Of a DNA stretch of 64,000 nt, positions 1 through 8,843 are shown in pieces. Location of the stretch: positions 93-64,092 of the forward strand of contig JAXMHI010000003.1 in the NCBI GenBank assembly GCA_046346885.1. The letters run 5' to 3'. The notes beneath the pieces are model-generated. The model did not search any database and had not been told where the DNA came from. It worked only from the letters and a program-made list of their open reading frames with translations. A program made the position numbers and the translations under genes. The stretch comes from a bacterium (lineage in GTDB: Bacteria; UBA10199; JADFYH01). Numbering within the stretch: position 1 is the first letter of the stretch; each line of letters opens with the position of its first letter.

Positions 1-267
1 GGAAGCGAGCCGCCATAGTGGGGTGCTTCGGGCGAGGGGAGCGAGCGAGAGAACTCCGATTCGCCCCAAGCGAAAGGCGATTCCGCCGAGCATCATGCAT
101 GCGACGGATCTTAAATCGGTCGTTTCTTGGATGAACTCGCTGGTGAAACGGTCGAACTCCGCTTGGGTGGAAGAAACCCGTGAAGTTTCCGCGAGGGAGA
201 GGTGGGAGCATCTCGCAAGAAGCGGCGAGTTTGAGTCTAAAAAAACGTTCTGGGTGTCGAGTGGCAT
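1..267 (-). CDS. First 89 codons of family copy P1 (repeated N-terminal module); the gene runs off the window start
   Basis: My translation from the ATG at 267 gives MPLDTQNVFLDSNSPLLARCSHLSLAETSRVSSTQAEFDRFTSEFIQETTDLRSVACMMLGGIAFRLGRIGVLSLA. It aligns with the N-termini of 401..6010, 19332..23138 and 57337..59319. It is missing from the ORF track because it has no stop inside the window. Confidence 0.6.
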   Translation of the reverse strand, partial: MPLDTQNVFLDSNSPLLARCSHLSLAETSRVSSTQAEFDRFTSEFIQETTDLRSVACMMLGGIAFRLGRIGVLSLAPLARSTPLWRLAS

Positions 268-400
268 TCCACGGATCACCCCTGTGCCCGGCCTTCGGGT
301 GACGCAAAATGAAAAACGGTTATAGAAGCGTTTTCGGGGATTTTGAAGGAAGGTTGTGCGAAATTCCCTCGAGGAAAAGGCGACCGATTCACCGAAGAGA

Positions 401-3400
401 TCAGTGGGGCAATCTGCGGCCGAATAAATCGGCGAGCAAATCGTTAAAGTGGTCGTCGTGATTCACTTCCATCCGCTCCAATTGAGGAAGGAGTGCCTGG
501 CGGTGTTCGAGGTAGAAAATGGCTAAGGATTGCAACCCTTGCCTCGCGTTCTTTTGATACAATTCAATCTCCTTATTCATGTTAGGGAGATCCAATAAGT
601 CTGCTTTTTTGAGGAGTTGCAAGGTTAGAAGCAGGCTGAAATAAAGCGAATTTTCGCTTCGGCCACGGAAGCCGGGGGCATCGCGATAGCGATTTTCGAA
701 CATTTGAAGCGCTCCCATGGGTATTCTTTCAATCTCGGGTAATGAGGCGAGAATGGCCGGATAATTCAAGCCGTTTAAGAATTTTCTCCTTTCCCCTTGA
801 TAGGCGGCGATCAATCGGTTTCGAAAGGCCGGCAAGAGCAGGCTCGGAGAAACCCCCAAATACATTAAGCGCCCGCACAGGGGGTAATAGGCGCGGCTGA
901 ATTGGGAAGCGGCGTGCTTTTGGTCTTTGGTCGCCATGATGAGCTGCATCAAAGAAATTGAAAAATACACCATGAACGACGTTTGTTTTCTAGTTCGCAG
1001 GTCGTCTTCCGTGGGAGAGGGTTTTCTCCAGAGTTCGATCAGGTATGCCCTTTCGTTTTTGATATCCTCCTCCGAGCTGGGTTGAAAATGGGGGAGTTCC
1101 CACAGATCTCCTAAAATTCTCTCGTCTTCCCGCCAAGACTCTTCGAGGTAAGGCATGTCGCGGAGGGGCGTGTTCCAGACTCCGCTCCTGTTCTTGAGGT
1201 AAAAGGTGAGGATGCGATGGGAGAGGCCCGCGGGATTTTCCCCGGCGGGCACGGTAAAGAGCATTTGTAGGAAAGCGTTTCTCGCAGGGTGGCCTTCCTC
1301 CAATCTTAAGAGACGATGGGCCGCTTTTACCGTGGTTTCCATGCCCGGAATGCGCAGGGTGGGCACGTTTTGCAAGAAATCCGGCAAAAGAGGTCCTCGG
1401 TCGTTCATCCCTCGGATTTCGGGGAAGGCGGAAAGCAAGGCTTGCAGTTTTTCGGGAGAGGCGGAGAGAGATCTTAAATATTCTCCTCGCGCCTTCTCAT
1501 ATATCCTCGTCAGCTCCCGGGTCCTTTGGTGGAGGTAGTGGGGCAGGCTCACCCCTTGCGCGGCGGCCAGGCCCGCATCCCATAGTTCACGGAAGATCGC
1601 GGGAACGTCTCGGGGGGCGCCCTGATCTCGGGTTAAGAGATTGACGGGAAGATAGCTCAATTTTAAAAAGAGATAGCTCAGTTGAGGCAACTCGATTTCC
1701 GCGAAGCCCCGGAAGCGCTCCAGTAGGATAGGAATTCCCTTTTCGATTTGGGCATCCGTCCGCTGAAAGTCCAACTCGGGCATCTCCCGCTCCACTTTTT
1801 CGCGCAGGGCGGGGAGGGGGCGGGATAAATCGAGTGGGGCCTGTTCGGCGTCGGAAAAGGAAATTTCAGGCGAAGCTAAGATGGCCTCGCGGTGTTTCAA
1901 ATAAATTTCGGTTTGTCTTTCAAAAAGGGGAATCAGCAGGTCTTCTATTTCCTGTCGACATTTTTGGACATCCTCCGCGAACGGGGCGGGTTTGCCTTCC
2001 ACGAAACCCCTGGCGTCGAACTTCTCGCTGATCAGATCTAGAAATGATTTTCCCGACATGTCCTTTTCCGTCATGTGTTGCCGGGCGGCCCTCACCAACT
2101 CCTTTTCCGCCTCCCGAGGGATCTCTCTTCGGGTGATGAAGCGGTTCATCGCTCTTGCCGCTTTCGCGCCTTGCAAGGGAGGACCGTCTCCGCGGATTTC
2201 CGGGAGAGCTCCCAAGCGATCGAATAGAGAAGCGGGAAGCGACGGGGGATTTTCGACGGGGAAAACTTCCGTGTTAGGGGCGACGGCCTCCGCAATGGCG
2301 ACGGGGGCCTCGCCCTCTTCGGAGGAGGCTTGAGCTTCGCTGACGGTTTCCCACGACTCGATGGCCTCTAAAATCCGCTCCGATAAGAGCCTTTCCGGAC
2401 GGTGGAGGAAGTGATCGAAAAATCGCTCCAAATCCCGCAGGCGAAGGACCACTGCGTGCGAATCGGTCAAGTCTTTCTGGTCTACTCGCGCGCAATCGGA
2501 AAAATCCTTCCAAAACTGGGCCGTTTCCCGGTGGGTGACGGCCGCATCGACGGCGAGCGTGAAATTTTCCTCCAAGCTTCGGTATCGGTGCGAAAAATGG
2601 TTCAAGAGCTCTTGATAGATCACCTCGTAACCCTTGGCCACGTCTTCCCGGATGGAATCGTACGGGGCGAAGCGGTCGCCGACCGTCCGCAGGATGAGGG
2701 CTCTCAGCGGAAGGGGTTCCGGTCGGAAGAGGTGCGAGAAGGTGTGCTCCCGAAAAATTCGCTGAAGATCCCGTCCCAATTGCGCGGAGTCGTGAAAGCC
2801 GCTGTGGTAACGATGAAGGGAGACGAATTCGGGGATGAGCCACGAAAGGGCTTCCATGCTGCGTTCGTGGAGGTGGATTTGGTTCACCAGAACCCGGAGC
2901 AAATCCAAAGCGTAGGGTGAGTCTTCCGCGACGATCTGAAGTTCGGACAATCGTTCTTGGGCTTCCCGCAGGGAATGTTCAATTTGGGCCGGGGCGGGGC
3001 GTTCCCCCGTTTCCAATGTTTTCAGCAGAGGAGGCAGCGCGGCATACAGGAGCGGTTCGAAGAGCGTCCCTTCCGCTTCCGGAAATTGTCTTAAGTATTC
3101 TCCGATTCGGCCTTGCACCCAACGCTCCAAGCCTTGCGGCAAGAAAGGATCCGAGTCGTTTGTCCTTCTCGCCTCCAATCCGTAGATGCGGAGGACGGGA
3201 TTTCGAGAGTTGTATTCGGTGATCCTTTGATCGAGCTGTCGAAGAACGTTTTCCCTTTCGAAGTGGGGAAAAGACGGGAGCCTCTCTTCTAATATTTGAT
3301 GAATCAGCGCTGCGTCGTTCACCAATCCTCCCCGGGTGGTAAAGGGGTGGAGGCGGTAAAATTGATGGAGGTAATGGGCGAAGACCGCGTCGGAGAAGCC

Positions 3401-6010
3401 CTCGAGGCTTAAAGGAGCGGCTTGTCCGTTCTCGCCGGTGGGAAGCCCCACCCGTCTCATGAATTTCAAGAGCGGTGCGCGGAGAGCGGAAGGTTCGAAA
3501 TTCGAGGTGGGAGGAAGGTTTCGAACGATCGCCTCGTCTAACTTCTCCCCTTCGAAGCGAAGAAAGGGATGGCGCACATTCGCGAAATAATGCTCGAAGG
3601 CGGAGATGAACGGTACTGTCCGTTCGCCTAAGTTTTCCTCGCCGGCGAAGAAGGCCAGGTCCCGCCTCCAGTTTACGGATGCATGCGCGGGGAGGGCCGG
3701 TTCCGAATTTCCCCGGGTGAGGCGGTGGAAGAGCAGGCGCGAAGAGGGGTCGATGACCGGCGCGCTCCAAGAGGCGCCTTCCCGCTCCATTCGTTCGAAA
3801 CGTTGCCAGGTTTCCGGAGAGGGCAACGGGAGACCGTGGGAATTGAGGAAGCTTTCCATCAGGTTTCGGTGAAATTTTGGATGGGTTCCCCCGGGCAATA
3901 GCAGGTAACGCTCCGTCATGAGGGAGCGGAGGATCCTCAGCCGGACGATTTCCTGGAATTGGGCCGGCGAAAATTCACCCGAACGGGAGGCCAAGTCTCC
4001 CAAGACGACGGTTGCGCGAATTTCCGCCGAAAGAGGGTCGGCGGGCGCGAAGAGGACGCCGAGCGGTTGGGAGGAAGTGGGCGAGATGCCCTCGTAGCGG
4101 ATGGTTTGGTTTTTCAGCCGGATTTCTCCGCGGGTGCGGGCGTGCACGTAGGTCGCCTCGAAAAAACGAAAAAATTCCCGGTAAAAATTCTGCATCGCCC
4201 GCACGCGGTGGGGGGAAACCCAGGCGGGGTTTTGCCGAAGGTTCGCGAGGAGGGAGGCGTGTTCCGCGTGAGACTTTCGAAACTCTTCCAGCCGCCCCGA
4301 TAAATTTTCCCGCGTGATTTCCCCGGAAGGGAGCGGGATCTCTTCCATGCCCGTAAGCTCGAATTCGCGCATTCTTCCGTCCAACAAGCGAAAGGCTTCG
4401 TCCACCGTGCCGTCGACGGCGGAAGCGAAGGGCTCCCGCTCGAAAGGAATGCGGCGCGTGGTATCCAGGGAACGCAACGTTTCGCCGCTAGGTGCCAGGA
4501 CGATGCGGTAGCGGGAAGGTTTTTCGGAGGGTGCGTGAAGGGATTCGCCGTCGGCTCCCACGATGGGCATCGTGGTCTCGAAATAATTCCGGTAGCGCAG
4601 GAAGGTGAGGAAACGGTGTATTTCTTCCCTTTGTTCCCCGTTCGTCGAAAGCGCTTCTGCCAAGCGATCCAAGTTTTCCAAGTGCATTTTTCTCGTCCGG
4701 CCCTGCCGGTATTCGGACGCGGTGTTTTCGCTCACTTTCCAGGAGCGCGCCAAATCTCCGTCGGTGGCCCTTTCCGTCGCTTGCAGGCGTCCGCGAAGGA
4801 GGGTTTCAAGATTGAGATGGGCGTAATCGAGCTCCTTCATTTCTTGGGGAAAGCGAAGAATGAGGTCGCCGTTTTCGTCCGGTTCGAAACCTCGGAATTG
4901 TTCAGGGTGGGTGAGGCGAAGCGCGTCGAAGGGGTCGATCTCGAAACCCCGCGATCCGCCGTTAAGATAGCGGAGTACGCCTAAGAGAAGGTGGAGATCG
5001 CCGGGAACGTGCGGCCGTTCCCCTTCCTTTCCTTTGGAACCCCAATGGAAAATCGTGGCGCCGGTGACACCCAAATCCGCCGCGCTCAACTCTCCGCGGG
5101 TGATTTCGAGGCGGGTTAAGTATTCGCCCCAGCGCTCGCCGGGAAGTGGGATTTCGGGCCTCACTGGTGTTTTCGTAGACGCTTCCGAAAGAGGGCGGGG
5201 AAGGGCGTTGTTTTCTTGGGTCGGGTCTTTGATGGAGCTCATCCAGACCTGCGAGGGGGCGTTCACAACTTCAGAAGGGTTTTCATGAGTGGAAGAAATC
5301 TCAAGGGAGCCGGTTGCGGGTTGAAACCCTTCTTGTGGCCCTTCCAAAGAACGTAGGGGGAGGGGGGCTTCCGGCGTTTCCAACCCGGATTCGAAGGCAT
5401 GGATCCCCGGCATCACGAAATGGGCGAAACCCATTCCCACTCCCAACTGAAGATTGGTGGCCTCCGCGTGAAGGAATTGTTGCGCCAGTGTGCCCTCGGG
5501 TGCGGGGCCGAGCCCAAGCCTCGCCGTGAGATGATTGCCCGCCACCATCGCGGTATCTTGAAAGAGATGTTGTGCGATCACGTTTTGTCCCACCGCCGCG
5601 GCGCCGCCGATTTTGAGGAGGCCGAAGTTGAGGAATGAGGCGCGCCATCGATGCCAAAAACCCCCTTCTCCAGTCGAGGGAGTAGATTCCGGACGTAAAA
5701 TTCCATTCATCGCTTCAAACACCGTCACTTCGTTCGCCAATCCGATCGTATTGGCAAGCAAACGGAGGGGCAATCTTTGAGATCCTAAAATGGACATTGC
5801 TCCCATGCGCCCCAAACGGTACGCCACTCCCCCGGCCATCATGGCGGCCATCGAGCGCCAATCGGTGGCTTCCTGCACGAAATGGCTCACGAGGCCGTCC
5901 ATTTGCGCTTGCGCGGAAAAGAGGCGGGATTCTTGCGCGAGGGAAGTTTGGGAAAAGCGGAGAAGAAGCGTCTCGGAAGCGGAGAAAGAAAGTGAAGTGC
6001 CGGCAGTCAT
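401..6010 (-). CDS. 1869-aa protein, family copy P2: N-terminal module (aa 1-215), Pro/Ser linker, two XRE-like HTH motifs, then about 1400 aa of unrecognised sequence
   Basis: A single uninterrupted 5.6-kb ORF with an ATG start. N-module blocks include WRSMAAMMAGGVAYRLGRMG, WHRWRASFLNFGLLKIGG, GQNVIAQHLFQDTAMVAG and PEGTLAQQFLHAEATNLQL. HTH-like segments are ELSAADLGVTGATIFHWGSKG and GDLARSWKVSENTASEYRQG. Confidence 0.85.
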   Translation of the reverse strand: MTAGTSLSFSASETLLLRFSQTSLAQESRLFSAQAQMDGLVSHFVQEATDWRSMAAMMAGGVAYRLGRMGAMSILGSQRLPLRLLANTIGLANEVTVFEAMNGILRPESTPSTGEGGFWHRWRASFLNFGLLKIGGAAAVGQNVIAQHLFQDTAMVAGNHLTARLGLGPAPEGTLAQQFLHAEATNLQLGVGMGFAHFVMPGIHAFESGLETPEAPLPLRSLEGPQEGFQPATGSLEISSTHENPSEVVNAPSQVWMSSIKDPTQENNALPRPLSEASTKTPVRPEIPLPGERWGEYLTRLEITRGELSAADLGVTGATIFHWGSKGKEGERPHVPGDLHLLLGVLRYLNGGSRGFEIDPFDALRLTHPEQFRGFEPDENGDLILRFPQEMKELDYAHLNLETLLRGRLQATERATDGDLARSWKVSENTASEYRQGRTRKMHLENLDRLAEALSTNGEQREEIHRFLTFLRYRNYFETTMPIVGADGESLHAPSEKPSRYRIVLAPSGETLRSLDTTRRIPFEREPFASAVDGTVDEAFRLLDGRMREFELTGMEEIPLPSGEITRENLSGRLEEFRKSHAEHASLLANLRQNPAWVSPHRVRAMQNFYREFFRFFEATYVHARTRGEIRLKNQTIRYEGISPTSSQPLGVLFAPADPLSAEIRATVVLGDLASRSGEFSPAQFQEIVRLRILRSLMTERYLLLPGGTHPKFHRNLMESFLNSHGLPLPSPETWQRFERMEREGASWSAPVIDPSSRLLFHRLTRGNSEPALPAHASVNWRRDLAFFAGEENLGERTVPFISAFEHYFANVRHPFLRFEGEKLDEAIVRNLPPTSNFEPSALRAPLLKFMRRVGLPTGENGQAAPLSLEGFSDAVFAHYLHQFYRLHPFTTRGGLVNDAALIHQILEERLPSFPHFERENVLRQLDQRITEYNSRNPVLRIYGLEARRTNDSDPFLPQGLERWVQGRIGEYLRQFPEAEGTLFEPLLYAALPPLLKTLETGERPAPAQIEHSLREAQERLSELQIVAEDSPYALDLLRVLVNQIHLHERSMEALSWLIPEFVSLHRYHSGFHDSAQLGRDLQRIFREHTFSHLFRPEPLPLRALILRTVGDRFAPYDSIREDVAKGYEVIYQELLNHFSHRYRSLEENFTLAVDAAVTHRETAQFWKDFSDCARVDQKDLTDSHAVVLRLRDLERFFDHFLHRPERLLSERILEAIESWETVSEAQASSEEGEAPVAIAEAVAPNTEVFPVENPPSLPASLFDRLGALPEIRGDGPPLQGAKAARAMNRFITRREIPREAEKELVRAARQHMTEKDMSGKSFLDLISEKFDARGFVEGKPAPFAEDVQKCRQEIEDLLIPLFERQTEIYLKHREAILASPEISFSDAEQAPLDLSRPLPALREKVEREMPELDFQRTDAQIEKGIPILLERFRGFAEIELPQLSYLFLKLSYLPVNLLTRDQGAPRDVPAIFRELWDAGLAAAQGVSLPHYLHQRTRELTRIYEKARGEYLRSLSASPEKLQALLSAFPEIRGMNDRGPLLPDFLQNVPTLRIPGMETTVKAAHRLLRLEEGHPARNAFLQMLFTVPAGENPAGLSHRILTFYLKNRSGVWNTPLRDMPYLEESWREDERILGDLWELPHFQPSSEEDIKNERAYLIELWRKPSPTEDDLRTRKQTSFMVYFSISLMQLIMATKDQKHAASQFSRAYYPLCGRLMYLGVSPSLLLPAFRNRLIAAYQGERRKFLNGLNYPAILASLPEIERIPMGALQMFENRYRDAPGFRGRSENSLYFSLLLTLQLLKKADLLDLPNMNKEIELYQKNARQGLQSLAIFYLEHRQALLPQLERMEVNHDDHFNDLLADLFGRRLPH

Positions 6011-6135
6011 GCGAAGTTCGACCGTGTGCCCCGGCGGTTCGTGATTTTTTAATATTCGTAAGAGATTTCGCTCATTTTCGCAACCTCCCGCACAAAGTTG
6101 CGTTTAAAAAATAACTGTTTTAGAAAAGGGGCCTT

Positions 6136-6879
6136 ATGAAAAAAATCATCCTTTTGGGTTTGTTTCTTTCCCTCTCTTTCTCGGCTTTTTCTAAAGACAA
6201 AAAATCTCAAGAGATAACCCCGGAAACGGGCGGCGTTCCCGGACAAATCGGCGTGTCCGGCAACGGATATACGATCTATTTCGAAGGCGGAGTAATCGCG
6301 GAATGGTTTGGTTCGAAGATCACTTTGAAGGATGCAAAGAAGTCCCTTCCCGTCAATTTAAAGGAATCCGTCGAAGGACCCGGCGCAAAGGAAAGTTTGG
6401 GCGGCCAGATCATCGAACAAGATTTGGGCGGTACGCGTAAGAAGAAGGCGCCGCTCGCTTATAAAAACCCAAAAGTGCGCGAGATCAAACTGGCCACCGG
6501 CGGGGATCCGCTCAAGAGCTCCGGCATGCAGCCGAGCAAGGTGAGCGAAGAGAAAACACCGGAAGGGGGAACGGTTACCACCTCCGATTATCCCGACGGT
6601 TCGAAGAACGTCGTTTACGCCTCCCCGAATTTAAAAGAGGAAAATTCTTACGATAAACAAGGCACCCTCGTGTGGCGGAATATGGAGGGCGAAGACAAGG
6701 GCCTGCGCTACAAGAAAACCCAGTGGGAAGAGGGCAGCCTCATCCGCGAATTTTCCAACGTCGAGGGCACACTTTCGATGGTTTTCGACGCCCAGCGGGA
6801 TCTATACACCTTCACCTTCTTGAATTCGAAGCAGGAGACGGTGAAGGAAATCGTTTGCCGGAAGGGGGAGTGCGAGTGA
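6136..6879 (+). CDS. Secreted hypothetical protein (247 aa)
   Basis: ATG start with an upstream AAAGGGG. N-terminal signal peptide MKKIILLGLFLSLSFSAFS. I recognise no domain. Confidence 0.7.
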   Translation: MKKIILLGLFLSLSFSAFSKDKKSQEITPETGGVPGQIGVSGNGYTIYFEGGVIAEWFGSKITLKDAKKSLPVNLKESVEGPGAKESLGGQIIEQDLGGTRKKKAPLAYKNPKVREIKLATGGDPLKSSGMQPSKVSEEKTPEGGTVTTSDYPDGSKNVVYASPNLKEENSYDKQGTLVWRNMEGEDKGLRYKKTQWEEGSLIREFSNVEGTLSMVFDAQRDLYTFTFLNSKQETVKEIVCRKGECE

Positions 6880-6889
6880 TTTACGGGGG

Positions 6890-7840
6890 TTAATCCCGAA
6901 AGCTCTTCATGTACTTTTCGAACGACTCCTCCCCATCGAAGAGAGTCTTTGTGGATTGGAAAAATTCCGAGGGACGAACCGTCAGCACGGAGCACGGGCT
7001 GTAGCGTACGATTTGTTCGGCTACGCTTCCCATCACCAGATGCTTAAGGCCCGTTCGTCCGTGCGTGGCGAGTACGACGAGATCGATTTGGTTTTGGCGG
7101 ACCGCCTCCTGGATTTCCACCACCGGGCTTCCCAGGCGGACTTCCGGATGATGGGAAAGAGTGACCGCTTTTCCCCATTGGGAAAGCCTTTCCCGTGCCT
7201 GCTTTTTCAGTTCGTCTTCGAGAGAGGGTTTCGTCTCCAAGGCGACGAGGTCGAAGGCGTAGAGATCGCGAAGATCGACTACATGCAACAGGAAGAGCTC
7301 CGCTCCGAAATGGGAGCCGTATTCCATTGCCAGCTTCAAGGCGTCACGGCTGTAATCGGAAAAGTCGACGGGGACTAGGATTTTCTTGGGCAGGGTCGCT
7401 CCCGAGCCGCGGCAGACCCACACGGGCACGCCCGCTTGACGGATCACCTTTTCCGCCACGCTCCCCAATAAGACGTGTTTCAAACCAGTGATTCCCTTGG
7501 TGCCCATGACGATCAAATCGGCCCCTTCCTTTTCGGCGGCCAACAGGATCTCGACGGGGGCTTTTCCCCTTTTCACCACGGCTTCAAAATGAATTTTGGA
7601 GCGCTGCGCTTCGGGAACGAGCGAATGGATTTCCTCGTGAATCTTCTGTTTCAGGCGCGATTGCAGGTCTTTGGGAAGGACGATCAGTTTCAGCACCTCG
7701 TCGTCGGGGGTTCTTTCGATGACCGTGAGGATGAGCAGGCTCGCCTCGTGTTTCAGGGCCAATTGCAAGGCCGTATCGAGGGCCGGGCGGCTGTTTTCGG
7801 AAAAATCATAAGGAACCAGTATTTTTTTCGGGGTATTCAC
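6890..7840 (-). CDS. Tandem universal stress protein (two UspA domains)
   Basis: Two Usp-like halves, each with the pattern ILVP(Y/V)DFS ... DLIVMGT.G..G....LGSVAE.V.R...CPVL. Confidence 0.85.
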   Translation of the reverse strand: MNTPKKILVPYDFSENSRPALDTALQLALKHEASLLILTVIERTPDDEVLKLIVLPKDLQSRLKQKIHEEIHSLVPEAQRSKIHFEAVVKRGKAPVEILLAAEKEGADLIVMGTKGITGLKHVLLGSVAEKVIRQAGVPVWVCRGSGATLPKKILVPVDFSDYSRDALKLAMEYGSHFGAELFLLHVVDLRDLYAFDLVALETKPSLEDELKKQARERLSQWGKAVTLSHHPEVRLGSPVVEIQEAVRQNQIDLVVLATHGRTGLKHLVMGSVAEQIVRYSPCSVLTVRPSEFFQSTKTLFDGEESFEKYMKSFRD

Positions 7841-7930
7841 GCGGCCTCCTTTTTTCTCGTCAAAAGATGGAGGTTAATTTATATCTTAATTTCTTGCTTT
7901 TCAGAATCTCAAAAAGAAGAGGAGAACAAC

Positions 7931-8257
7931 ATGAGAAAAGTCATATTTTTGTGTTTGCTTGCCGCTTTTTCCGCCGCGGGTTGCTCGCGGAAAGCCACGG
8001 ATGAAAACGTCACCGCCAAAGTGGCTGAGGCGCTCTGCGCGAAAATGAAAGAATGCTCCCCTCAAGCGGCCATGCCGGGAGATACTTGCACCAATATGCT
8101 TAAGGTTTCCCTCTTAAAACCCCTTCAGGCCCACGGCAAAAGCGGAAAAGTGACCGAAAAGGAATTAAATGCCTGCGTGACGGAGGTGAAAGGCTTCAAC
8201 TGCCAAACCTTTTCGGGCCTAACCAACCCCGTGGCTTGTAGTTTCTTCAAGGAATAG
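7931..8257 (+). CDS. Small Cys-rich lipoprotein (108 aa)
   Basis: Internal ATG of ORF 7475..8257. MRKVIFLCLLAAFSAAGC carries a lipobox, and GAGGAG lies upstream. The 5' part of the tracked ORF is antisense to the usp gene. Confidence 0.65.
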   Translation: MRKVIFLCLLAAFSAAGCSRKATDENVTAKVAEALCAKMKECSPQAAMPGDTCTNMLKVSLLKPLQAHGKSGKVTEKELNACVTEVKGFNCQTFSGLTNPVACSFFKE

Positions 8258-8726
8258 TCGCTACGCAAGGCGGGAAGGTTCCGCCGCAAGGTACGGCGAT
8301 GGCGGTCGTTTGGCTGAACTCCGCTCCCACCACTTGCCGAAGGCCGATGATGTCGTTGGGTTGAACGACGTCCACCCTTAAATTGTTGAAGGAGCCGTCT
8401 GGATTTACGGGCACCTCGGCCGTGAAGGTTTGGGCGAGGGCCGGCCTCAAGAAGATCTTTTTCCAAAGCGAACAAGTCGTGTGATTGCAGTTGTTAGCCT
8501 GGACGGCGGCTCCCGATTGGACGGGCGTGGGAATGGCGCCCGGAGCGCCGTTGATGGTGACGGCTCCCGTGGAATCGGGCGGGGAAGCGGTCATTAGGTT
8601 GGCGACGGGCGCGGGAATCGAGGCGGGAGGCGCCGCTCCTCCTCCGCAACCGCTTAACGAGAATACATGACTTAAGAGGAGTAAGAAAAACGAAATGAAT
8701 AAAAAGACGCGCGTTTTCTTCATCAT
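8247..8726 (-). CDS. Lipoprotein, hypothetical (159 aa)
   Basis: Signal peptide plus lipobox: MMKKTRVFLFISFFLLLLSHVFSLSGC. Confidence 0.65.
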   Translation of the reverse strand: MMKKTRVFLFISFFLLLLSHVFSLSGCGGGAAPPASIPAPVANLMTASPPDSTGAVTINGAPGAIPTPVQSGAAVQANNCNHTTCSLWKKIFLRPALAQTFTAEVPVNPDGSFNNLRVDVVQPNDIIGLRQVVGAEFSQTTAIAVPCGGTFPPCVATIP

Positions 8727-8784
8727 GACCGACCTCGTTTCAACACCATGTTAAACTGATTAAATTCCAACACCAAACATAAAA

Positions 8785-8820
8785 TGAAGAAAAGGTCCCT
8801 GTCTTGTCGACAGGGACCTT
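8785..8820 (-). terminator. Rho-independent terminator after 8844..10334
   Basis: 10-bp stem GGTCCCTGTC/GACAGGGACC with loop TTGTC, followed on the minus strand by TTTTCTTCATTTT. Confidence 0.6.
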
Positions 8821-8843
8821 AAAGAAGGGATTCGCTATTTCAC

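Noticed and set aside
23-325. 100-aa plus-strand ORF at the window start
   Set aside because: It is the antisense frame of family copy P1. Its sequence parallels ORF 5790..6044, which is likewise antisense to the P2 N-terminus.
3326-3349. HPFTTRGG in the 1869-aa protein, with context AHYLHQFYRLHPFTTRGGLVNDAALIHQIL, resembling the Fic motif HPFx[DE]GNGR
   Set aside because: Only HPF and the flanking helical pattern match. The GNGR phosphate-binding residues are missing, so a Fic/AMPylase call is not supportable without a profile or structure search.
7475-8257. 260-aa plus-strand ORF
   Set aside because: The first 150 codons are antisense to the usp gene and look like shadow sequence. The real gene is the lipoprotein starting at the internal ATG at 7931.
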